A program made the translations under genes and the position numbers. A stretch of DNA of 61,662 nt, filler included, from Candidatus Babelota bacterium (GTDB taxonomy: Bacteria; JAGOBX01): NCBI GenBank assembly GCA_017999075.1. It is 13 parts of 13 records of this genome, joined end to end, with 100 filler letters (N's around TTAATTAATTAA, not from the genome) between each part and the next. Parts side by side here need not be neighbours in the genome. Positions count along the whole stretch, not along the records: positions 37,201 to 40,183 come from JAGOBX010000515.1; positions 40,284 to 43,261 come from JAGOBX010000516.1; positions 43,362 to 46,335 come from JAGOBX010000517.1; positions 46,436 to 49,407 come from JAGOBX010000518.1; 9 more parts are not named here. One strand, written 5' to 3'. The number at the start of each line of letters is the position of its first letter. Position 1 is the stretch's first letter. Below the pieces are notes generated by a model, which was not told where the DNA came from, made no database searches, and was given only the letters and a program-made list of their open reading frames with translations. This document shows, piece after piece, positions 37,278 through 48,197 of the stretch.

Positions 37278-40151
37278 TTATCGTATTTTTTTTACCGAAT
37301 TAATATTATTTTCGAATATTATAATTTTATTATCATATACATTAATAAAATCATAGTCGCCATCATTGTTATAATCAATAAAAAAAGATTGGTAAATTAT
37401 TGAATTTGTATTTAATATTTCATTTTCAACTTTATCAGATGCGAATTCAAAACCTGAATTCTTATATAAAAACAATTTTTTGTTTTTGCATGTAATAAAT
37501 AAATCTTTATCACCGTCGGAATCATAGTCGCCTGTAGATAAAACCGAAACATCGTCAGGTATATCTAATTGAGATTTAGATTCTCTCAATGCAAGATTTT
37601 CTCCAGTATTCCAAAATATCAAGTTGTTGTATATCTGGCCATTTATAGAGATTCCGTTAAATGTCAAAAACAAATCAGTTTTGCCGTCATTGTTAAAATC
37701 GGAAAATTCGGCATTCGAAATTTTTAATTCAACATTATTAATTAAATTTTTTCTAACAAACGATTTTCCTGATTTATTTTCAAAAAACATAAGATTATTA
37801 TTTGAAACAAAATTAGTTCTGCATAAAATATCCGAAAATCCGTCATTGTTAAAATCACAGATTTTTATATAATCAAAAACATCTGTCATGGCAATTCCAA
37901 GTTCTGCGTTTGCATTAGCAAAAATCATATTCCCTGTGTTTTCAAAAATAAAAAGCTTATCGTCTTTCATTAAAATAAGTAAATCAGGATAATTGTCATT
38001 ATTTATATTTAGAACCTGCAAATCTTTTATTTCTGACTTTACAGATAATTGAAATCTTGTACCCATATTTTCAAATTTGTTATATCCGAATCCTCTGAAA
38101 GATTTTAATATTCCATTCTGAAGAATGATTAAATCCTTTTTTCCATCATTATCAAAATCAGCAATATAAGGTTTGATAAAATTCTCGGTATCATCAAGCA
38201 AAATTCCTGTTTCCACAACTTCAAATTTTAAATTATTATTATACAATATTACAATTTTATTATTTTGAACTGTCACTATATCAGTTGTTCCGCTTCCATC
38301 AATATCTGCCTGACAAACAAACGGAATAATATTGTCGATAATCGGCAATGAATTTTGAGAAAATATTTTACCGCTGAATTTTGGAGTTACTTTAACAAAA
38401 ATTTCTTGACTCAAATTAGGCACTTCATCAGCGCATTTTATTCCTATTTTATATTCATAATCGTTTAATACATCCGAAATAGTGTAAACATTTACCCCTG
38501 GCGCAAGTTTAAATTCTTTCAATTTTTTGTTTTCTTTATCATATAAAACTAATAGTTGAAATTCAAGATCTCCATTTAAATCAGGAGACGGAGACCACGA
38601 AGCTGTAATACGGTTATTAATGCCGGCAGCAGTTAGATTTGATACCGGTCCTGGAGATTCCAAATCTGCAGGAACAGCATACGCAATATCATATTCTTCA
38701 CTTTCATTTAGAGATTCATCGTAGGCTGACAATGCTATTTTATATCTTATTCCGTTAGTAAGATTTTCAATAATATATGAATTAAAATTTTTCTGCAGTT
38801 CCACATTTCTGATAAATTCATTTTTATCATTATAAATATATAAAATATATCCTTTCAAATCATAATCGTTTTGTTTTTTAGAAAGCCTTATTCTTATACA
38901 GGTATTTAATGGTTCAACTATCATTTTAGGGGGTTTTGAAGGAGGTACATTGTCTATTGCAAGAGCCTCAATTTCTTTTCCTTCAGACTCAGGACGCAGT
39001 GGTTCCTGAACTGTTACTTTGAACATGTAGCGGCTTCCGTTTACAAGATTTTCGACTACATAACTCTGCATTTGATTTCCTGCAGTTCCAATAAATTCCC
39101 AAGAACCGGTTCTATTATTTTTTTGATAAACAAGCTGTCTGTCAATTTTTCTGTTTACTGACAAATCCCAAAATAATCTTATTCTTTTATCATAAGGTTC
39201 AAATTTTAGATTTATTATTTCTGCAGGTTTTCTTGAATCAAGATTCGGCATCAAGTCAACAGCTTCATATAAAAAGTTCAAACAATATTCAAGTGTTCCT
39301 GCAATTTGATTAACAAAATTATCCTGCCAATCAGTATATGAAACATTTAATCCGGATAATGAACTTAAATTTTTTGAGATAACTACTTTCTTATTCAGCG
39401 GGTCAGACATCGGGATTAAATTATACATAGCTATTGCATTCATTCTTTTATAAGTTTCAGGATTATAAAAATCAAGCGCTGAAAATTTAACAATATTTAC
39501 GACAGCTTCTTCAGCATCAAATTTATTTTTAAATCCGTCAAACTTTATTCTGTTATCAAGTTTAAATAAATTTTCCGAAGAAACAAAAGCATCAAGTTCT
39601 GAAAAAAATTCTTTAATAACTTCATTTTTAGCTGTTCCAAACGCTGAATTTTTTCCCATGCAATATGGCCATAACGCTAAACTGCAAAAATATTTTGTCA
39701 TAGCTCCAAGAAAAAATGCGCCTGCTTCAGGATTTCCATTTTTTATTACCGAAGAAGCTTTATCAATTTCTTTATCTATTATTTCCATATAATAACGAAG
39801 CGAAGTATTATCTTTCAATATACGCATATTGTTTTCATCAGGTAATGGAATATTGTAATAATAATTAGATAAATGCCTGAAATAATAATCTACATCTATC
39901 TGTTTTGTTATAGCATCCTGCTCAAAATTTTCGCCTGAAGCAGCCTGGATCCCTGATTCAAAATATTTTTTATACTTTTCCACCCAAGCAAATTTAGTTT
40001 TTGTCTGTTCATTAAATGAAACAGCTTTCATGAAACAATAATAATAAATATTTTTGTTTTTATCTATAATTTCATAATCATACCCGTAGACTGACGAAAA
40101 CAAACTTAAAATAAACGCTAAAATTATTATTTTTTTCATAAATAATTCCAA
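37278..40151 (-). CDS. Secreted protein: degenerate Zn-phospholipase C/S1-P1-like domain, fibronectin type III repeats, FG-GAP/VCBS repeats
   Basis: Signal peptide; FN3-like W..NL.NG..Y repeats; multiple DFNNDG..D motifs; N-domain AFFLGAMTKY resembles PLC AF.LG...HY. Confidence 0.7.
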   Translation of the reverse strand: MELFMKKIIILAFILSLFSSVYGYDYEIIDKNKNIYYYCFMKAVSFNEQTKTKFAWVEKYKKYFESGIQAASGENFEQDAITKQIDVDYYFRHLSNYYYNIPLPDENNMRILKDNTSLRYYMEIIDKEIDKASSVIKNGNPEAGAFFLGAMTKYFCSLALWPYCMGKNSAFGTAKNEVIKEFFSELDAFVSSENLFKLDNRIKFDGFKNKFDAEEAVVNIVKFSALDFYNPETYKRMNAIAMYNLIPMSDPLNKKVVISKNLSSLSGLNVSYTDWQDNFVNQIAGTLEYCLNFLYEAVDLMPNLDSRKPAEIINLKFEPYDKRIRLFWDLSVNRKIDRQLVYQKNNRTGSWEFIGTAGNQMQSYVVENLVNGSRYMFKVTVQEPLRPESEGKEIEALAIDNVPPSKPPKMIVEPLNTCIRIRLSKKQNDYDLKGYILYIYNDKNEFIRNVELQKNFNSYIIENLTNGIRYKIALSAYDESLNESEEYDIAYAVPADLESPGPVSNLTAAGINNRITASWSPSPDLNGDLEFQLLVLYDKENKKLKEFKLAPGVNVYTISDVLNDYEYKIGIKCADEVPNLSQEIFVKVTPKFSGKIFSQNSLPIIDNIIPFVCQADIDGSGTTDIVTVQNNKIVILYNNNLKFEVVETGILLDDTENFIKPYIADFDNDGKKDLIILQNGILKSFRGFGYNKFENMGTRFQLSVKSEIKDLQVLNINNDNYPDLLILMKDDKLFIFENTGNMIFANANAELGIAMTDVFDYIKICDFNNDGFSDILCRTNFVSNNNLMFFENKSGKSFVRKNLINNVELKISNAEFSDFNNDGKTDLFLTFNGISINGQIYNNLIFWNTGENLALRESKSQLDIPDDVSVLSTGDYDSDGDKDLFITCKNKKLFLYKNSGFEFASDKVENEILNTNSIIYQSFFIDYNNDGDYDFINVYDNKIIIFENNINSVKKIR

Positions 40152-40485
40152 AATCTAATTAAAAAATTTAATTTATTTACAATNNNNNNNNNNNNNNNNN
40201 NNNNNNNNNNNNNNNNNNNNNNNNNNNTTAATTAATTAANNNNNNNNNNNNNNNNNNNNNNNNNNNNNNNNNNNNNNNNNNNNATTGCACAAAAAAAAAT
40301 CTATGTCAATATAAAAAGGATTATATTTAAAATGAAAAACATTTTAATTGTTTTTTTTTATTTTGACATTATACTGTTAACTAAAAATTCTAACAATACT
40401 TTCCGTATTGTTTATGTTAAAAAATTTAAATTGAATTTTGGTTATTAATTTTTTTTATAGAAAAATCAAAGGGAGGCATAATGCC

Positions 40486-41442
40486 GTGGCTAAACCAATC
40501 GGAGACGTTGTAAAAGTCGGAACGAATTTGATGGAGCTTATAGAATTTGTTATTTTAAAAAAAAATAAATTCGGCGAGATAAAAAAATGTCATTACGGCA
40601 TAAATGTTTTTAAAGTTCGCGAAGTGATAAAAACCCCGGATATAGTTCCTCTCCCCAATGATATAAGTTTTATTGAAGGCATGTTTAATTTACGTGATGA
40701 AAATATTCCTTTGTTGAACTTAGTTGAACGGCTTGGAGGAATGGAGCAGGATTATAATAAAAATATAGTTATTGTAGCAGAATTCAATAATATTTATATA
40801 GGTCTTCTTGTACACGAAGTAGTGCAGATTCATAGAATTTCATGGCAGAGAATATTGCCTGCTCCTAAAATGACAGCAGCTCCTGAATCTGATTTAATAA
40901 TAGGAGTTGTAAAACTTGATAATGATGATTCTCTTGTAATCCTTGATTTTGAACGTATTGTCAATGAAATAAATCCTGTTACAGATGTTGAAGTCGGAAA
41001 TGTTAAAGAAGATGATAATACAAAAGAAGTTAATAAAAAACATCATATACTTCTTGCAGATGATTCAAAAATTGTAAGAAAACAAATGCAGGATTTATTA
41101 ACAAAATTAGGGTTTACCGCTACTATGAAAGAAAACGGGGAGGAAGCATTAAAAGAGCTGCTTAAAATTAAAGATGAATGCGAAAAAGAAAATGTTTCTA
41201 TAAGAACTAAAGTTTCTTTTATCATAACAGACATAGAAATGCCTCAAATGGATGGATATACTCTTACCAACAAAGTAAAATCTGATCCTGTTTTATGTAA
41301 AATTCCTGTAATTATGCACACGTCTTTAAGCGGCGACAATGTTAAACTAAAAGGAAAAGAAGTCGGTGCCGATGAATATATTACAAAATTTTCAGTTGAT
41401 CATATTAGAGAAACATTAAATAAAGTATTAGCTAATTATTAA
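40486..41442 (+). CDS. cheV: Chemotaxis protein CheV (CheW + receiver)
   Basis: YGINVFKVREVI, LDFE, LADDS, TDIEMPQMDG, HTSLSG; likely GTG start after GGGAGG. Confidence 0.93.
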   Translation: MAKPIGDVVKVGTNLMELIEFVILKKNKFGEIKKCHYGINVFKVREVIKTPDIVPLPNDISFIEGMFNLRDENIPLLNLVERLGGMEQDYNKNIVIVAEFNNIYIGLLVHEVVQIHRISWQRILPAPKMTAAPESDLIIGVVKLDNDDSLVILDFERIVNEINPVTDVEVGNVKEDDNTKEVNKKHHILLADDSKIVRKQMQDLLTKLGFTATMKENGEEALKELLKIKDECEKENVSIRTKVSFIITDIEMPQMDGYTLTNKVKSDPVLCKIPVIMHTSLSGDNVKLKGKEVGADEYITKFSVDHIRETLNKVLANY

Positions 41443-41523
41443 AATTACTATTTTTATATAATATATAAACTCTAATATAACCTTAAAAAATTTATTTAAT
41501 GAATAAATATAATATAAATTAAT

Positions 41524-42459
41524 ATGATAAATTTAGCAGACAAATATTCATTGATTTACGATATAAAAAATGTTTTAAATCTTATACTTACTACAATAGT
41601 ATCTGATTTAAAAGCTGATATCGGCTCTATAATGCTTGTTGATGATGAAAAAAAAGAACTTGTAATTGTCGAGTCCATAGGTTTATCATTTGATTCAATT
41701 ATGAATATATCTTTTAAATGTGAAGAGGGAATAGCAGGAAAATCATTTTCATATAAAAAACCTATAATTATTAATAATACAACAAACAGCAATGAATTTA
41801 AATATTTTAACTTCCAGCGTGAAAACATAGCTTCAGTCGTTTCATACCCTGTAATTGATAATGATAAAGTTCTTGCCGTTATAAATGTTTCTTCAGTAAA
41901 AATCAGCAATTTTAATGAAAGTACGTTATCTTATTTAGCTAATTACGGAGCTTTAGTGCTGAACGCTATAAAAAATCTGAAATTCAGCAATTCGGATGTT
42001 TCTCTAAATTTTATAGATGAAACCACCGGATTATATAACTATTCTTTTTTTATTGAAAATTTAAAACGCGAATTAGACCGTTCCGAAAGGTATAACGAAA
42101 TTTTTTCATTGATTTTTATCAAAATCAACAATTTTGCTGATATCGTAAAAAAATGGGATGATGAAAAATTAAAACAATCATTAAAATATTTTGCTTTGTT
42201 TTTAAAAAATACTTCACGCCGTGTTGACATATGTTCTTTATATGACATGAATCTTTTTGCAATAATTACCCCTGAAACCGGTAAAGGCGGATGTCAAAAA
42301 AAAACGGAAAGATTGTATGACAACGTAAAAAAAATGAAATACTATCCTGAAAACATAACGAATATGCCTTCATTGGAAATATCATGCGCAATCTCAAGTT
42401 ATCCTGAAGACGGAAAAAAACCCAACGATATCATTGAACATTGTTTGTCTCAATTATGA
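41524..42459 (+). CDS. GAF + degenerate GGDEF domain protein
   Basis: GAF (GSIML, EGIAG, VINV); GGDEF fold (DETTGLYN, ELDRSERY, SYPEDG) with active site replaced by DMNLF and RxxD retained. Confidence 0.85.
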   Translation: MINLADKYSLIYDIKNVLNLILTTIVSDLKADIGSIMLVDDEKKELVIVESIGLSFDSIMNISFKCEEGIAGKSFSYKKPIIINNTTNSNEFKYFNFQRENIASVVSYPVIDNDKVLAVINVSSVKISNFNESTLSYLANYGALVLNAIKNLKFSNSDVSLNFIDETTGLYNYSFFIENLKRELDRSERYNEIFSLIFIKINNFADIVKKWDDEKLKQSLKYFALFLKNTSRRVDICSLYDMNLFAIITPETGKGGCQKKTERLYDNVKKMKYYPENITNMPSLEISCAISSYPEDGKKPNDIIEHCLSQL

Positions 42460-42460
42460 T

Positions 42461-43261
42461 ATGCCCTCAAATCCTTTTATAAAATCATGTTTTCTTATAA
42501 CAGTAATTTTGATAATAGGCATTATTATCAGATTATACGCTCTTGAAAAAAACGAATTAATTCTCGAAGGCGACGAAGCTATAGTCGCTCTTATGGCAAA
42601 ACATATTTCAGAAAACAAAATTATTCCTGCATTTGTTTATGGTCAGGATTATATGGGAAGCCTTGAAGCATACACTGTTTCGATTTTTTTCAGTTTTATT
42701 GACAATTCAATAAAAACTTTAAAATCAGCACCTCTTGCTTATTCGATTATTTCAATACTGTTTTTATGGTTATTACTAAAAAACGAATTTGGAATTTACA
42801 TAGCTGCTGCCGTATCTTTATTATGCGCTGCTCCTCCATATTTAATGATAAAATGGAGCTTATCTCCTACAGGAGGCCATATTGAAAATTTTCTTTTGTC
42901 AATAATAATAATGATTTTTATAAAAAAATATTTTCATGAAGAAAAATTCCTTCATCTTGCCTTGGCGTGTTTTTTTTGCGGACTTGCTTTTTGGGTAAAC
43001 CCATTCTCGATTTTTTTAACAATATCATTTTTGATAATATATTTTCATCATAAAAAAAATAATCCTCAAAAATATATTTTTTCTATTTTTATTTTTTTAT
43101 TTTTTTTCTCTGCCGGAGCATTGCCTTTAATTATTTACAATATAAATCATAACGGCATTACTTTTTTAAAACTCGGATGTTTTTTTTTAGGAGTATCTGC
43201 TTCAACATATAATTCGGGAAATAATATTTTTCAATTAGTATTCAATAAAATAATATCAATG
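42461..43261 (+). CDS. GT-C fold glycosyltransferase (ArnT-like), 3'-truncated
   Basis: GDEAIVALMA, YGQDYMGSLE, multiple TM helices. Confidence 0.75.
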
Positions 43262-43361
43262 NNNNNNNNNNNNNNNNNNNNNNNNNNNNNNNNNNNNNNN
43301 NNNNNTTAATTAATTAANNNNNNNNNNNNNNNNNNNNNNNNNNNNNNNNNNNNNNNNNNNN

Positions 43362-44485
43362 TAAAATGTTATTCAGGAAAATTAAAATCAGGCGTTGATG
43401 TTATAAATTCACGGACAGATTCAAAAGAAAGAATAGGCCAAATCGCAGTAATGATTGGCAAAACAAGAGTTGAAACAGGGGAATTGTCAACAGGCGATAT
43501 TGCCACTTTAGTAAAACTTAAAGAAACCAAAGTTGGCGATACATTAAGGGATTCATCTGTAATTTTCAATTTCAAACCAATCGCTTTTCCAAAACCTGTA
43601 TTATTCAACGCAGTAAAAGCAGAAATAAAAAAGGAACAAGAAAAGTTAACGTATGCACTTCATTCTTTTGCTCAAAGCGATCCTACATTTCAAGTTTATA
43701 CAGATAAAACTTTTAACGAATTTATTATTTCAGGTATGGGAGAAATGCAGCTTGATTTAATGCTGAAAAAACTTAAAGTTAAAACAAATATCAATTTTGT
43801 TATAACTCCACCGCGAATAGCTTATAAAGAAACAATAAAACGAAAAGCCGAAGCACAGGGAAAATATAAAAAGCAGTCAGGCGGCAGAGGCCAGTACGGA
43901 GATTGTCACATTCGTGTAGAACCTTTGAAACGCGGATCAGGCATTGAATTTGTTGATGAATTATTCGGAGGTTCAATTCCTTCAAAATACGTTCCTGCTG
44001 TAGAAAAAGGAGTACGTGAAAAACTTCAAAAAGGATATGTTGCCGGATATGAATTAATAGATATGCGTGTTGCTTTGTATGATGGAAGTTATCACGACGT
44101 TGATTCATCAGATTTGGCATTCCAGATAGCAGGTTCATTCGCAGTTGATGCAGTATGCGAAAAAGCTACGCCAATTATTCTTGAACCTATAATGAACCTG
44201 GAAGTTCAAATTCCTGAAATTTATATGGGAGAAGTTATAGGCGACATAAATTCAAGACGCGGACGTGTATCAGGAATGGATTCACGCGACGGAGTGAGTA
44301 TAGTAAAAACTCAAGTTCCTGAAAGAGAATTATATAAATACGCAACTATATTAAGGTCCATAACTCGCGGGCAAGGGGATTTCGAAGCGTCTTTTTCTCA
44401 TTACGAAGAGGCCCCTGCAGAAGTTGCTAAAAAAATCGTTGCTGAAGCAGAACAATATAAAAAAGAAGCTGAAGAAAACAAATAA
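43362..44485 (+). CDS. fusA: Elongation factor G (C-terminal part; probable paralogue outside the str operon), 5'-truncated
   Basis: GMGEMQL, YKETI, KKQSGGRGQYG, DGSYHDVDSS, ILEPIM, LRSITRGQG; not followed by tuf. Confidence 0.9.
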
Positions 44486-44592
44486 TAATTTTCATGTTAC
44501 CTGTTTTTTTTGAATTTCAATACGGATACCGCTGCTGAGTAATTTTATTTTACTAAATTCAAAAAAACAAAAATATAAAACATGAAGAAATT

Positions 44593-44642
44593 AAAGCCAT
44601 TCCGGTTGGTAATTATTTTACTTATCGAAATGGCTTTTTTTA
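44593..44642 (+). terminator. Rho-independent terminator-like hairpin
   Basis: AAAGCCATT..AATGGCTTT stem followed by a T-run. Confidence 0.6.
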
Positions 44643-44675
44643 TACAGCAATTTAATTTTTTCAGTTAAAGGATTT

Positions 44676-45365
44676 TTGATAAAAATGGCCAAACGAATAA
44701 TTGCAAATTTTCTAAGAAAACCGCTTATCGATAATTTTTTAAGAAATTCATTAATTCCGAATTTAGTTTATTTTTATCTGAATTTTGTCCACAAAACTTC
44801 AAAAATAAAAATAATTAATGGCAGTTATTATTCGGATTTAATAAAAAACAATGATAAAATTGTTTTTGCAATATGGCATGGCCGTCAATTTTCAGCATTG
44901 TATATTCATAAGAATCAGGGAATAACAGTACTTGTAAGTCCATCAAGGGACGGAAATGTCCAATCATCTTTTTTAAAAAAATTCGGTTTTAAAACAATAC
45001 GCGGTTCATCAGATAAAAATCCCGTTAAAAGTTTAATTAAAATGATTAAAACCGCAAAAACAGAAAAATGCCATTTTGCTTTTGCTGTAGACGGTCCTAA
45101 AGGACCTGTTTACAAAGTTAAACAAGGAATAACAGGTTTTGCGGCAAAAACAGGATATAAAATTTTACCGATAACATCATCTTCAAAATTCAAATTTTTT
45201 TTAAAAACCTGGGATAAATGTCTTATTCCGCTTCCTTTTAATAAAATAACAATTATGTATGGTCAACCGGTAAGCGTATCCGAAAACTGCGATATTGACA
45301 CAGAAACAAATTTAATAGAAAAAAAAATGGCGGTTCTTTTAGAAAAAGCGGATGAAGGATATTAA
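44676..45365 (+). CDS. DUF374 / lysophospholipid acyltransferase-like protein
   Basis: WHGR, SPSRDG, IRGSS, VDGPKGP, WDK..IPLPF. Confidence 0.88.
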   Translation: MIKMAKRIIANFLRKPLIDNFLRNSLIPNLVYFYLNFVHKTSKIKIINGSYYSDLIKNNDKIVFAIWHGRQFSALYIHKNQGITVLVSPSRDGNVQSSFLKKFGFKTIRGSSDKNPVKSLIKMIKTAKTEKCHFAFAVDGPKGPVYKVKQGITGFAAKTGYKILPITSSSKFKFFLKTWDKCLIPLPFNKITIMYGQPVSVSENCDIDTETNLIEKKMAVLLEKADEGY

Positions 45366-45467
45366 TTTTTTTTTTGTTTTTTCCGATTACGGAACTGTTT
45401 CCAAAATATATTTATATATTTTTTTTTAAATAAACTTATTGTTTATCAATAATACGGAGAACTGATT

Positions 45468-46130
45468 ATGTTATATGTTACGGCAATACATATAGGAAAT
45501 ATTGAAGATATAACCTTGCGGGCGTTAAAAATATTAAAATCATGCGATATAATAATAGGTGAAAATTATAAATACACGGATAAATTATTAAAACAGTATG
45601 AAATTACCGGCAAAGAAATTGAAGAATTAAACGAACATAACTGTAAAGAAAAAACAGAAGAATTATTGGTCGGACTTAAATCAGGAAAAACTATGGTTTT
45701 GACAACTGATCACGGAACTCCCGCAGTATCTGATCCAGGATCAGAACTTGTAGATGCATGTTATAAAAATAATATAAAAGTAATTTGTGTGCCCGGAGTA
45801 TCAAGTATTACAGCCGCTTTATCAGTTGCCGGAATAAAAGTTGACGATTTTGTTTTTTATAGTAAAATACCAAGAAATAAAGAAGAACGAAAAATATTTT
45901 TTTCAGGACTTCGTAAAAACAAAAATATTAAAGTTTTTATTGACGCGCCTTACCGGCTGATAAACCTGCTTGAAAATATTTATTATAATTTATCAAATTC
46001 GGCGGACGTTATTTTATGTTATGAACTTACTACAGAACGAGAAAATGTTATGCGTGGAAAAATAAATGATATTCTCACCGAATCAAAAAAAAGAAATCTT
46101 AAAGGCGAATTTATTTTAATTTTGCATTAA
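45468..46130 (+). CDS. rsmI: 16S rRNA C1402 2'-O-methyltransferase RsmI-like
   Basis: LYV...IGNIEDITLRAL, GTPAVSDPG, PGVSS, ELT. Confidence 0.85.
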   Translation: MLYVTAIHIGNIEDITLRALKILKSCDIIIGENYKYTDKLLKQYEITGKEIEELNEHNCKEKTEELLVGLKSGKTMVLTTDHGTPAVSDPGSELVDACYKNNIKVICVPGVSSITAALSVAGIKVDDFVFYSKIPRNKEERKIFFSGLRKNKNIKVFIDAPYRLINLLENIYYNLSNSADVILCYELTTERENVMRGKINDILTESKKRNLKGEFILILH

Positions 46131-46171
46131 ATATAAAAAAACTGTTATTAAATTTTTCAGGAGAATTCATA

Positions 46172-46335
46172 ATGAACTGGAAACTTTTTTTTGTAACATT
46201 CGCATCAATTTTTTTGGCAGAACTCGGCGATAAAACACAATTGGCGACAATATCTTTTACTGCTGATAATGTCAAATATAAATGGATTGTTTTTTTTGCA
46301 GCAGCCGGGGCTCTTGTTTTCACAACGTTTATAGG
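46172..46335 (+). CDS. TMEM165/GDT1 (UPF0016) family membrane protein, 3'-truncated
   Basis: ELGDKTQ signature. Confidence 0.9.
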
Positions 46336-46435
46336 NNNNNNNNNNNNNNNNNNNNNNNNNNNNNNNNNNNNNNNNNNNNTTAATTAATTAANNNNNNNNN
46401 NNNNNNNNNNNNNNNNNNNNNNNNNNNNNNNNNNN

Positions 46436-48150
46436 GAATAATAAAACTTGTTCGTGAAAAAAATGTTAGTCCTGAAAAGATACTTGTATTGACATTTTCA
46501 AACAAGGCTGCACTGGAAATAAAAAAAAGACTTGACGGACAGATAGCTGATTCAGAAAAAATTTTTGTATCAACGTTTCATTCGTTCGGATTGAATATCC
46601 TTAAAATATATTATAACCAAAAAGAAGAAGATGCGTTAGAAATAATTGATTACGACTGTGCCTACAATTTAGTGAAAAAATATTTGGATGTTCCGAAAAA
46701 TAAAATTAAAAATTTTTTAAATAAAGTTTCTTTATACAAACAGGGAATTTGTTTTGAAAATGAAAATGAGAATGAAAAATTTTTTGGACAGTATTCCAAC
46801 CTGCTTAATTCCAGGAATATTATTGATATTGATGATCTTGTATATTTACCTGTTGAACTTTTAAAAAATGATCATAACATATTGTTGAAAATAAGAAATA
46901 TGTATGAATGGATACTTATAGATGAATTTCAGGATATAAATTCTAAGCAATATGAATTTGTAAAATTAGTATCGGGAATTATGCCTAATCTTTTTGTGAT
47001 AGGAGATCCAGATCAGTCTATTTATGGATTTAGAGGTTCAGATGTCAGGTTTATAAAAGAATTTGCAGATGATTACAGTTCGGCAAAAATAATTAATTTA
47101 AAACATAGTTATAGATGCCCTGATATTATAATAAAAGCTGGCGGACAAATATTAAATAAAAAAGAATATATGTCAGGTTGTTATGACAATTTAAAAATTA
47201 TAATAAAAGAATGCGATACATCCGGCAGCGAATCTGATTGGATAGCAAGACAAATTGACCAAATGACAGGAGGCCTTCGCCATTTTTCAATAGACAGTTC
47301 AGTATCAGACGGCAGCGAATCTGAGGGAATTTCAGGACTTGGAGATTTTGCAGTATTATGCAGAACCTCATTGATGTATGAAAGCATTAAACAAGCATTT
47401 GATAATTATTCGATACCATATCAGATTGTTGGTGAAAAACCGTTTTATAAAAATGAGCCGTTTAATACTGTCATAAATTTTTTGCGGGAACTGGTCTTAA
47501 AAAATAAAATCATTAATTCAAAAAAAATATTTGCTGACAATAAGGAAATATTATATAAGGATGTTTCAGGGAATGAAGAAATTTTAATGTTGCTTGATAA
47601 AAATTTTGAAATTATAGATTCTATGATATGCGAAAAAAAATCTATTTCTGAAATATTCGAGTTTATATCTAAAATAATTCCAGGACAGAATAATGAAATT
47701 ACAAATGATTTTAATAAAATTATTGAATTTGGAAAGAGTTATACCAATAATTATTCTGAATTTTTAATAAAAATATTGCTTAATAGTTCAATAGATTTTT
47801 TTACGATCGATTCTGAAAAAGTTTCGGTAATGACTATTCATTCTGCAAAAGGCCTTGAATTTAAAACTGTGTTTATTCCGGGCTGCGAGGAAGGAATAAT
47901 TCCGTTTGAATTATATGAAAAAAAGAAGCTTGAAGATATTGAAGAAGAAAAAAGGTTATTTTATGTGGGTATTACAAGAACATCGAAATATTTATTTTTG
48001 ACGCATTCTAAAAAAAGAGTAATAAAAGGAAAAATATTTTATCCTGCGAGGACAAGATTTATTGATTCAATAGAAAAAACATTGTATGATCGCAGTATAA
48101 GAATAAAACTTAAACCCAGGATAAATGAAAATCTGGAATTGCCGTTATGA
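46436..48150 (+). CDS. UvrD/REP-family SF1 helicase, 5'-truncated
   Basis: TFSNKAA, TFHS, IDEFQD, IGDPDQSIYGFRG, YR, TIHSAKGLEF, EEEKRLFYVGITR; Walker A lost with contig start. Confidence 0.92.
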
Positions 48151-48197
48151 TTTAAAATTTATTTTTATTCAGAATTTGTAATAATATAATATAACAT

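Noticed and set aside
40382-40409. Sigma28 promoter before cheV (TAAA...TCCGTATT)
   Set aside because: Weak match to GCCGATAA and off spacing in an AT-rich background.
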